A DNA stretch of 64,000 nucleotides from assembly GCF_006345805.1 (NCBI RefSeq), contig NC_042999.1:98022001-98086000 (forward strand), in the 5' to 3' direction. Shown here piece by piece: positions 53,806 through 64,000 of the stretch. Origin of the DNA: Octopus sinensis. Its lineage: Eukaryota. The stretch's first letter is position 1, and the number at the start of each line of letters is the position of its first letter. Below the pieces are notes generated by a model. That model searched no databases. It saw only the letters and a list, made by a program, of their open reading frames with translations, and was not told the origin of the DNA. Both the position numbers and the translations under genes were made by a program.

Positions 53806-54063
53806 AAATTCATTTTTTTAAATGTCTTGCTTTGAAAAACTGCATTTGGGTATGATTAGTATAATTTTGGTAGTAATGACTTTGTCCCTCCTAATGTGAG
53901 GCATTTATGTGTAATAATGCCCTCTATACAATATAGATATAATTAATTTGTTCAAAAGAAAAAAATTATTTTCGAATTCTTTTCTTTTATGAGGTTTTCA
54001 CGCTAGCTACCCGATAATTTCTTGTTAAGATCCCTTATTAAGAGATTATCCTTAATTGTTAAA

Positions 54064-54114
<51 letters not shown>

Positions 54115-54115
54115 G

Positions 54116-54690
54116 CAACAGTAAACAACATGAAATACGGAAACAAATGAGTTCAATATGCAGACAACGAGAGAAACAAAGTAGTATAAAGAAGGACCCT
54201 TCATCAGTTGTCGACCGTCTATCTACTCATTTCGAACACTGAACGACAATATGAGTCCTCGAAAACAGTTACTCCCATAAGTACCAAATTAAAATTTGGG
54301 ATTTATAGAGGGTCAAAGTTGGGAACGAAAACAGGACAGTGGAGACATACAAGGAAACCGAACGAAAACAAACATGGAGGGTCGTTAGATCAGAACGAGG
54401 GTAAGATAGCGAACGCTGGAGAAATATTTTCTTTGACAAGAGAAAAGATAGAAGAGAGAGATAGGATACGTCCAGACCTTAGCACATTCTTGAAAGAAAA
54501 GCAAGATAATCACTTGTGGAAAAGAAAGATGGACGATGGTCACGTTTGAGCAACGAGAGAGAGAAAATGAGAAAGAGGGGGAGAGGGAGACTGATAGAAA
54601 ACGTTGAAGGGGAGAAAAAAGGGAATTAGAGAAAGGATGAGAAAGAAAACGATGGGGAGAAACAGTATAAAGTCGCATCAAAAAGATTAA
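54116..54690 (-). mobile_element. Non-autonomous HHR-bearing element, copy B
   Basis: Homologous to 7673-8250; abuts (TA)n at 54066-54114. Confidence 0.75.
54196..54269 (-). ncRNA. Non-circularly permuted hammerhead ribozyme-like motif, copy B (best preserved)
   Basis: ACUGUUU..ACUCAU-A-UUGUCG-uucagu-GUUC-GAAA-UGAGU-agau-AGACGGU-CGACAA-CUGAUGA-A-GGGU: complete core, perfect 6-bp stems I and III, 4-bp wobble-rich stem II, 7-bp extra helix. Confidence 0.7.
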
Positions 54691-55039
54691 GATAAACTTA
54701 CTTCGAAATGTATGCGCATGTATGCATGTATGTATGTATGTGTGTATGTCTGTATGTATGTATGTATGCATATATATATATATATATATATATTTATGTA
54801 TGTATGCTTGCATGTATGTATGGATGTATGTATATATCTGTGAATATGAGTGAAAGTGTCTCGAGAAAAGAAGGGATAATTACACCTGAGGTCAATCCGA
54901 CTGAGAGACCACATTCAGTGGGTTCTCCATTTCTATAAACGTAAAGCTCGATAAACAAATTAAACTGCTCTTTGGCTTCTGAGACGCCAGAACATTGTTG
55001 GATGGAGCCAGTTCTGGAAGGCCCGAATTCAGACCCGTG

Positions 55040-55350
55040 ACAGTTCACAGGAAATTCACATACTACACTATGGTCATCGCTGCTCTGTCAGAAACATAAC
55101 TGAGGAAATTAAGAAAGTTACAAGGAGAAAACTATTTTCTGGTCAAGGAATGAGGCAACCGATCTAAGTAAAGCTATTGTTGGCCTAGCTTTCGCAAATA
55201 GAGTTTTTGTGTTGATTCCTGTTGTTATATCCGATAGGTGAATGAAGGAAAGAGTAATCCGAAGCGGAAATCAAAACGTAACTGACTTTATTGCCTATGC
55301 TCCTGCGAGGACAAATGAGTAGAATAAATTGAATGAGTTTTATAACTCGT
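55040..55350 (+). pseudogene. RTE-like endonuclease fragment
   Basis: IAALSET, IFWS, ISDR, AYAP, EFY motifs, decayed. Confidence 0.55.
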
Positions 55351-55563
55351 TTTCCCAATTTTCAGCACTTCTAACCTTGTACCAGGGATCCATTAATCAT
55401 CCATACAATATACAAATTCATAAATAAACTAAATTAGTCGACCTAATTTGCGTAACAGTGTAGGCATTGTCAACTTGATTTGTTTAATTAACAGAACGAT
55501 ACATCTATATAGCTTAAGCGGAGATGTATGGTAAACTTACAAGTAGCCTGATAGTGAAAAGTA

Positions 55564-55715
55564 CAGTCGTGGCCAAAAGTTTGGAACATAGGTCTGAAAA
55601 TTAGAATTTTTATAAGATATGCCAAAATATATGTTGTATATATTTGATTCGAATTGTTCTCGGGCATAACAATTTTAATTTTAAAAAAATTGTTCCAAAC
55701 TTTTGGACACTACTG
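55564..55715. mobile_element. Tc1-like MITE
   Basis: TIRs CAGTCGTGGCCAAAAGTTTGGAACA / TGTTCCAAACTTTTGGACACTACTG with TA on both sides. Confidence 0.85.
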
Positions 55716-56664
55716 TAGCGAACATATTGAAACCACAATCTTCCTCTGTAGCCGAGCAAAAGATTCATTCTTAATTCAGAAATCGGTGACTCGTTCTTGT
55801 CCACTGACGGAATAAAAGCCTAAGCTATCGATTTCTAATCATAAGTGAATAAATCTTGAAATTAGTCACATCGATCTTATTTTCCGGTGAGGGAGATGTA
55901 ATTTTACGGTTTAAGGTTTGTATACGGTTTGTTCCTGGCGGGAAATGCAGCATAAAAATGAAAGAGAATCTCTTTTTAGACAAGTTTGATTTTTTTTCTT
56001 TTCCCAGATTAGAGAAATTATACGCTAACCTAACGCGGTGCTGTCCGTCTATTCCTTAATTCGTGTGGCCAGCAATTGAAATATTATGTAAATTAAACAG
56101 AGTAATTTAGTCCTGTCTGAACTAATATTTACAATAAATATCTACATATTACTATTCTTTTCATGGAATAGTAACGGAGAGCCGATCTCTGACGATGTGT
56201 ATTAAAAGTTGAAACTAGTTACATCGATTCCACTTTTTCTAGCCGCAGAAATGAAGAAAGATGTGGTTTAATCAGCATGTCGACTTTTTCACATGCTTAC
56301 TTAAAATATGCGCTCGTAAGTTTACCCTACATTTCTGTGCACACATACACAAATACAAAGACAAGTACGACATACAGCATAGAGGGAGAAAGAAAAGAAG
56401 AGAGAGAAACGTACACACACACACACACACACACTTACGCAAACGGTTGTACCGAAAGACCTCCCTGATCTACATCAAAGGAACTGAAACAAATGTCATC
56501 ATGACGTCATATTCCACTAACATCACTAACAGTCTATATATTATAGCGTAATAGAGTAGGTTACAAGGGAGTGCATGTGTATGTCTATGTACGCTTGTTT
56601 GAGTGAGTGGTGCGTGAATGTTACATGGCTTGTCGGTGGTAGCAGTGTTGATGGTATTCGTAAC

Positions 56665-56708
<44 letters not shown>

Positions 56709-56884
56709 ATTTGTTGTATTGCTTTTATGTGAGTCATCTGTTCTGTGATTAATTGTTGCTTTCATGAACAAAATATGTATTAGCTGGTGGGGGTAGTATA
56801 TCTGATTGATGTTTTTGCTATTATTATTAATTTTGAAAAAAAAAAATTTTTTTCTAATTTTGCTTCGAAAAATACTTTAATTTG

Positions 56885-58790
56885 CAAGATGGCGTCGTCT
56901 TCGCCGAACAGCATGAGCTTCAAGTGGGAGGGAATTTTGAGAGTTAATTTGGATCTGCCATTCAAAACTATTCATTCTCTCTTTTCTTGAGAAGTAATCC
57001 GCCCCTAACTCTGACTATCCAAAGTTCAGTAAGTAGCACTGCCAACTAACATGGCGACAAGCGACAGCAGCAATAGCCACATGTCAAATGGGAACAGCAA
57101 AAGTAACCTAACTATTACCAATACCGCTAGAGCAGCAAATAATCACAAAAGCAATGCTGTTAACTGAAATACTACCACCATCACCACCGCTGTGGATGCC
57201 AAAGGCAGCAGTGAAACAAAATTAACAGCACAAAATGTACCCAGATCGCAGAAATGAATGCAATTTTTGCTAATATAATAAACTCCATAACACAAACTTG
57301 AGCTACAGAACGAAGTAAAGGTCAGTATATGATTTCTCAAAACGGAAGGGTATTACTAGATGCGCCCTTACCATTTCGAATACGGAATTAGGTTTAATGA
57401 GTTGAAGGGTGGAAAACCTTACACTCACACAGATGGAATGGTACCTTCAAACCATGTATTATAGGCAATATGACGGTGGAGGAAAGATTTGCGTCAAAGA
57501 TAAAGGGTAAGAAAGCACGCCGCATTGCCATAAAAAATGAGGAACGTATCCAACTGTATTACGTAGGGGTAAGTCTGCTGAAGGTCAAAAGTCTAGAGAT
57601 GACATAAGAAGTATATACCCGTTGGTTGGTGGTAGTCATTATATCCAGTGACAAGGTCAACGAAATGATTATGGATACGGACAAGGGCACCAGAAGAAAT
57701 GGTCATGGGTAGGGCTAAGTCGCTTGATCCGCTTCTTCCTCCGCCTCCTTCTCTTCTTCTTCCACCACCTCCTCCTCTGCCTCCTTTTCTTCTTCTTCTT
57801 CTTCTTCTTCTTCTTCTTCTTCTTCTTCTTCTTCTTCTTCTCTTCTTCTTCTTTATCTTCTTCCTCCTCCTTCTCTTCATCTTCCGCCTCCTCTTTCCTC
57901 TCACCTCCCTCTCCTCCTCTTCCTCCCTTCATCTTCCGCCTCCTCTTGTTTTTCCCCTCCTTTTCTTCTTCCTCCCTTCTTCTTTCTCTTCTTCATCCAG
58001 CTCTTCTTCTTCCTCCCCCTCTTCTTCATCCAGCTCCTCCTCCTCCTCCTCCTCCACTTCTTCCTCCTCCTCCACTCCTTCCTCCTCCTCCTCCACTTCC
58101 TCCTCCACTTCCTCCTCCACTTCCTCCTCCACTTCCTCCTCCACTTCCTCCTCTACTTCTTCCTCTTTCTCCTCCTCCTCCTCCTCCTCCACTCCCTCCT
58201 CCTCCACTCCCTCCTCCTCCTCCTCCTCCACTTCTCCCTCCTCTTCCACTTCTTCCTCCCTCCTCCTCCTCCACTTCTACCTCCTTCTCCTCATCTTCTA
58301 CCTCCTTCTCCTCCTCTTCGCCCGCCTCCTCATCCTCTTCTTTCTCCTCTTCTTCCGCCTCCACTGCCTCCTCTCCTCCCTCCCTTCTTCCGCCTCTTCC
58401 CCTTCCTCCTCCTCCTCCTCCTCCTCCTCCTCATCATCATCATCATCAATATCATTATTATTATTACTACTATCATAAACCCGGACAAATCGGTTGACTT
58501 GCAGCTTGCAGCTGTAGAGGCAAGTGTATGTCATCGGAGAGGGTCGCTGGACAGACAGATCGGTTAAACGGCTCGGGGTTCGGTTCGGACCTCCAAGTGA
58601 ACGGGGACTGGAATGAAATTACTAGCGGCGTTGCCTTGTTCATCCAGAAAGAAAAAGAGGCAACTATGTCTGTGCCCAGATAGCCAGGAAGGACCAGGAC
58701 TGGAACATCCTCATGTATTCACCTCCCTCTACCACTCGGATAATGCAGTCGGTAGAAGTTCCACTTAGACAATATATAGCGGACTAGTGG
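56885..58790 (+). mobile_element. Highly decayed Tx1/L1-like ORF1 region interrupted by a low-complexity tract
   Basis: VEERFAS and GWLV segments at 57470-57640 parallel VEVRFAS / AWLV of 38130-38504; boundaries uncertain. Confidence 0.4.
57730..58470. repeat. Polypyrimidine low-complexity tract: (CTT)n, (CCT)n, (TCCTCCTCCACT)n, then (CAT)n/(TAT)n
   Basis: Direct inspection. Confidence 0.95.
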
Positions 58791-58794
58791 TATG

Positions 58795-59115
58795 AAGGCG
58801 CGTGGATTAGTGGTTACTGTATTCGGCTCACGATCGTAAGGTAGTGAGTTCGATTCCTGGCAGCGCGTTGCGTCCTGGAGAGTGACACTCTATTTCACTT
58901 CGCTCCAGTCCACTCAGCTGGCAAAAATGAGAGCTGCACCGTTAGTTCAATGGGCCAGCCTTATTACATTCGGTGTGTCATACTGAATCTCCCTGAGAAC
59001 TTCGTCAAGGGTACGCATGTCTGTGGAGTGCTCTGTCACATGCACAGTAATTTCACGAGCAGACTGTTCCGTTGGTCGAATCAACTGGAACACTCGTCGT
59101 AACCGATGGAATTCT
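58795..59115 (+). mobile_element. tRNA-derived SINE
   Basis: GGCGCGTGGATTAGTGG A box, GAGTTCGATTCC B box, then GCTCCAGTCCACTCAGCTG body. Confidence 0.8.
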
Positions 59116-60680
59116 CCAGCCAGGTGTGCAAGAGCGATGAGGTTCTTAGGGAAATTCTAAGCATTGACGAGAGTGGGGCACTAACGGTTCGAAACAAACC
59201 CTACAAGTACGGAACTGTCCCGATGCAGAACTATCCGTGATTCAAGCAGAAAGACAACACTCTGCTGCGTGTACTTGTCTAATATCCGAGCATTGCTGAC
59301 TTGTGACATTATATCGAAGAGATGTTGTCGAGTGACAACGAATATAGTTATGAGACCAGTCCACCGTAAATATCACCTATTTGCCGTCCTATAAGGCTGG
59401 GCAGCAGTGACCCTCAGGTTGGTGGCTATGGTGAAAGAGATTGTGTGGTGGAAAAGGCTGAAAGGATTAAGGGCAGACGCCTTCCTTTTCCGACAAGCTT
59501 TCATTGACATTTAAAGTTCTACTTGTAGAGCAAAATATGTGGGGAGAGAAAGATGCTCTCCTTTAGAAAATTTGTTAAATAGTGAGTGACTATGGCGAAA
59601 AAGATTAGCATGAATGAAATTATCCCAAATATGTGCATGTAGGTTGGATTACAATAGTTAACTGAAGGCAGGGTAGTCCTGAATTGATTTGGTTTCTTGG
59701 TGGTCTCCATTTGGAGACTTCTATGTATCGGAAGGTCTGCATCTTCTGTATAGTAATTTATTTTATTTGTGCCTTAATCAGAAACAATTGTTTTTATTTT
59801 TATGATTGATAATTATCATTATAGCGAAATAGTAGACCTTTCTTTTTCACATATGCAGATATCGCGATTTAAAAGTAACAGCTGTCGTAAACAGACGATC
59901 AGATATTCTGAGAACACCAATTGAGATTAATGAAGATGTACAGCATCACCTAAATCTCAAATACGAAGCTATTAATAGTTAAACCCAAGCCGTTTTTAAA
60001 ATGAGGAAAAAATCTCAAACAAGATAGAACACAAAACAATTATAGAGTGAATATATTCGCAGATGACTAGAAGAATCAAAATGTAAGAATTTAGTATACT
60101 GCAAAACGTATGCAATATATTTGAACCCAACAAAAACCTTATCCACTCAATCATTTCTATTGCGATTTACTTGCAGCCTGCCCATGGGAAAGACTTATCT
60201 GATAACTCTCAATGTTACTTAATATGTGTTTGGGGTCTAACTTCATGAGGTGGAGTGGTTTTGTGGAATCTTCAGTTCATTAGCAAACGGTATAATCTAG
60301 ACTGGTAAATGATATGTTCGAGATATTTGAGTGCTACGTAAGCAGTTTCTCGAAAAGAGCAAGCGTGTTTCTAACAGTACTACATCATGGATGAAATCTA
60401 GCTATGTTGAAGTGGCGACATATTGGAATTTACTTCAAGTGGCATACTTCCAGAATTGTTCTACACAAATAAGCTTTAAAAATGTTTATACATAATAGAT
60501 TAATGTGATCTATGGTACATAAAATAACCTTACTAGTGTACTACTCTCTCTCTCACACACACACGCACTCGCATATACATATATACATATATACATACAC
60601 ACATACATACATACATACATACATACATACATACATACATACATACATACATACATACATACATACATACACACATATAT

Positions 60681-60712
<32 letters not shown>

Positions 60713-61054
60713 CACGTGTACTCGTCTCAACATTCCTTCGGTGATCAGACGAGAACCAGTATTTTCAACGTGATATTATTCATGTATTCCTGTGCGTATG
60801 TGTTTCTATATATATTTACACGCACATACTCACAAACAAGAAGAAAGGTGATTTTTTATTATCTTATTCTATCAGTAAAAAGATAAAGACAGCTCCAGAA
60901 AACAATGTTATTAGGAACAGCTGGGATACTTAGGAGGGTTCTTGGCATCTAAGGTTACTTGTTGTAGCCCGATGTAACGAAATTTTCTTTTCCAACAGTC
61001 TAATCTGTTGAGCGTATATGAAATAATAATAATGATGATGATAACAACAACAAC

Positions 61055-61422
61055 AACAACACTCAGAGAGCGCAAACCTCCGCTAAGACAACACCAATGT
61101 CCTCTCAACGATTAGCTAGAAAGGATTTTTAAAATGAGAATATATGAAATAAACTCGACTGTTCTCACAAACGAGAATACTAAAAATGAACCTGACCGCT
61201 CTTGAGAATTAAGTAAAGAAACCGGAAAAATAATTCAGAATCCTTGTCTGGTATCGGATCGATGCCAAAATATAGGTGGTTCGTGCCAGTCACGAGGCCT
61301 AGCATTCCTGAAATTTTCATCCAGATCCATCCAGCGTTCTTGAGATATTATGTCCACGGACAAACAAACGAACGAACAAACACGACTGAAAACAATACTC
61401 CTGCCTACGTTAAGGCGGAGGT
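61055..61422. mobile_element. Possible Helentron-type non-autonomous element
   Basis: Subterminal ACCTCCGCTAAG at 61076 mirrors terminal TAAGGCGGAGGT, which also forms a hairpin with CTCCTGCCT; asymmetric inverted repeats. Confidence 0.45.
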
Positions 61423-61446
61423 AATAATAATAATAATAATAATAAT

Positions 61447-61540
<94 letters not shown>

Positions 61541-61541
<1 letters not shown>

Positions 61542-62038
61542 TGCCCTGATGCAGTACCAGGCAGTGGCTCTCATGGCTTCTGATCTTAACTGATTAGAAG
61601 TGTTATAATGTACATTGTTTTGTCTTGGTATAAAAGATGGGCTACAGCAAATATTCTGCTCAATACCACAGATTTGCTTGTCAGTTGTTTGACCTTAACC
61701 AGTTGAGTATGTCCCTTAGTGGCTGACGATATGTGCATCTCTGATCACAAGCAGAAGTAGTGGGGGAGCATCATAGCCATGTGTTGAGAGGGATTCTTTG
61801 GGGTTTGAATAATTCACCTCTGGAAGCATGGGTGGTTCTTTCAACATCCTTAAACAACCCTTATTCAGGGACCTTTTGAGCGGGATGGGCTACTCAACCT
61901 GAAGAAAATTCTAACTGGGCCCCACCTGCAAGGTCGGCCTGGTGTACCCTTATCAGACGGGTAGTCGTGATGGGTATATTGGGCTTCGTATATTTTACCC
62001 CAGTGTCACTTTGATGGCATGAACTGCTCTCTCACTCA
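61541..62038. mobile_element. ~500-bp non-coding repeat embedded in (AAT)n; second copy at 63121-63568
   Basis: GTATAAAAGATGGGCTACAGCAAATATTCTG ... CCAGTGTCACTTTGATGG shared by both copies. Confidence 0.75.
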
Positions 62039-62054
62039 ATAATAATAATAATAC

Positions 62055-63000
62055 GTGTCTCTAAAAGAAATGGAGAAACTTTCAAAATACAAAGACCTGG
62101 AAATAGAGGTAACCAGAATGTGGAATCTAAAAACAGAAACAATTCCTATCATAATAGGTGCATTAGGCATGATAAAAAAATATTCAGACAAATACATAAC
62201 AAAAACACCAGGACTTACAAACACATATAACATACAGAAAATTGCACTACTAGGCACTGCACACATCCTACGCAGAACACTTTCCATACAATAACCATCA
62301 GAGCATCACAACAAATCACAGCACATACCCAAGGCACACAGAGCTGCGCTCGGTAGTGAAGTGAAAGCACGCTATAAAAAATATACTACTGAATAATAAT
62401 AATAATGATAATAATCTAGGCAACATCCCAGGAGAACAATGTCTCAGGGAAATCCAAAAGATTGCGATGACAAGTACTGTCCATAGTCTGAGAAAAACCC
62501 CCATCAATTTAAATGTCTGCGTTGTATTACATGAAGGTATTTTGTCACTGTTCTTGCCACTTTCTCTCCCCAAGCTTTCAGTTATACTATAACATCTCTT
62601 ATCCTGTACTTGGCCTAGGGCGCTGAGTGTGTCTCGGCAGGTGATTGCAACAAACATGCAGATTAAAATAACAGTAATAATAATAATTAAGAAAGTGGGG
62701 AAATATCAGGAGCAGATGTGACAAATCTAGAAACTATGGAGAATCAGGTACGTAGAAATGGTACCGAATGTAGTTGGGGCAGTGGGAGCAGTTGGTAAAA
62801 TGCTGGATGCAAGGCTTAAGAAGCTAGGAATCACCATCAGGACTGTTGCAGAAAACAACCTTGTTAGGATCAACAAGGTTTCTGAGATGGCTGTTAGAAT
62901 GTTGAAGGAGAAGGAATTACCCAATGGATTTTGGGCCATTTGATATGACTCGCTCTGTTGGTAAAGTGTCAGTATAGCATCTGCTAGAGCAGAAACAACA
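62055..63000 (+). mobile_element. Three stacked R4/Dong-like 3' ends separated by (AAT)n
   Basis: KYKDLEIEVTRMW..IIIGALG..QKIALLGTAHILR (62055-62294), EIQKIAMTSTVHSLRK (~62415-62500), KLW..VPNVVGAVG (~62690-62870). Confidence 0.8.
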
Positions 63001-63120
63001 ATGAAGAGAAGAAGTAGAAGAAAAAACGAAAAAAAAAAGAAGAAGAAGAAGAAGAAGAAGAAGAAGAAGAAGAAGAACAACAACAACAACAACAACAACA
63101 ACAGTAACAATAATAATCTT

Positions 63121-63568
63121 AGTATAAAAGATGGGCTACAGCAAATATTCTGTTCAATACCACTGATTTGCTTGCTAATTGTTTGATTTTAGCCAGTTGA
63201 GCATGTCTTTTGGTGGCTGGCGATACGTGTATCTCTGATCATGAGCATAAGTAGTGGGGAGCAGCATAACCATGTGCTGAAAGGAAATCTTTGGGGCTTG
63301 AATAATTAGTCTCTGGAAACATGGGTGCTACGTTCAACATCCTTAAACGACCCTTACTGAGGAACCTTTTGAGCGGTATGTGCTACTCCACTTGAAGAAA
63401 ATTCTATCTGGGCCCCACCTGCAAGTTCATGCGATATTTATCTTGATACGAGGTCACCATGTTGCGGACATATGGTTGTGATGCATATGCGTGCTGTACC
63501 CTTATCAGACGGGATTCGTATATTTGTACTCCAGTGTCACTTTGATGGTATGGACTGCTCTCTCACAC
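63121..63568. mobile_element. Second, more diverged copy of the 61541-62038 repeat
   Basis: Colinear similarity; flanked by (AAC/AAT)n and (GAT)n. Confidence 0.75.
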
Positions 63569-63569
63569 A

Positions 63570-63615
<46 letters not shown>

Positions 63616-63637
63616 CGATGATGAGGATGATGATAAT

Positions 63638-64000
63638 TGACTCGCCACAGTGTAGGTTGTGCTCTGAGAAGGGAGAAAGTATAAATCATATTGTTAGTGA
63701 ATGATGTAAGCTCGCACAAGGCGAATACAAGAGGAGACACAACAATGTGGCCAGATATGTCCAGTGGCTGTTGTGCAGTAAAGCAAAACTCGAGAGAGCC
63801 GAACAATAGTATGAACACACGCCAGAGTGAGTAATGGAAAACGAACATTACAAAATACTCTGAGATTTTAACATACAGTGCGACCAAGTTATAGAGGCGA
63901 GGCGGCCAGATACAGTCATTCATCTGTAAAGATGGAAAAGAAGTAAAGATAATAGATGTTACAATACCAGGCGATTCGAGGGTGAAATGTAAGGAAACAG
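63638..64000 (+). mobile_element. R4/Dong-like zinc knuckle + restriction-like endonuclease fragment (runs off window)
   Basis: CRLCSEKGESINHIVSE*, YKRRHNNVA, ARRPD, IIDVTIPGD. Confidence 0.85.

Larger units (their letters stand above)
53400..54065. mobile_element. Foldback element: ~220-bp inverted arms (53400-53620 / 53713-53933), each carrying an HHR; Penelope-like inverted terminal repeat structure
   Basis: Arms reverse-complementary with only about 2 mismatches seen; ~92-bp spacer; flanked by (TA)n. Confidence 0.85.

Noticed and set aside
57699-58497. Long Pro-, Ser-, Glu- or Gly-rich ORFs
   Set aside because: Open in several frames on both strands only because the polypyrimidine tract lacks stop codons.
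58795-58870. tRNA-like sequences at SINE heads
   Set aside because: A and B boxes are present but there is no intact cloverleaf, and each continues into a SINE body.
392-61549. Numerous ORFs of MYVC, YIYI, HTHT, LSLS or CVCV repeats
   Set aside because: Translations of (TATG)n, (TA)n, (CA)n and (GA)n microsatellites; no coding evidence.
1-64000. CRISPR array, operon or prokaryotic system
   Set aside because: No regularly spaced repeat-spacer array or gene-dense region; the sequence is metazoan repeat DNA.

Overview
Eukaryotic, AT-rich, microsatellite-saturated intergenic or intronic DNA. The tRNA-derived SINE families and repeat mix suggest an octopus (cephalopod) genome; this is an inference. 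No host protein-coding exon or intact RNA gene could be supported. The window is a mosaic of decayed transposons: CR1/Jockey-group, RTE, R4/Dong, Hero-like and Tx1/L1-like LINEs, Penelope-like fragments, two Ty3/Gypsy elements, Tc1, mariner and Tigger transposases with MITEs, a hAT MITE, a decayed RepHel Helitron with non-autonomous Helitrons, many SINEs, and a 100-N gap. The most notable signal is non-coding. Short elements, mostly beside (TA)n tracts, carry hammerhead ribozyme (HHR) motifs. Four are type I (26818-26908, 50355-50389, 53528-53585, 53748-53805). Three (2584-2655, 7766-7839, 54196-54269) have the three core strands in a non-circularly permuted order (NUH strand, then GAAA strand, then CUGAUGA strand), with stem pairing and an extra helix retained across two unrelated stem sequences. 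All structures were derived by eye and need folding, covariance and cleavage tests.
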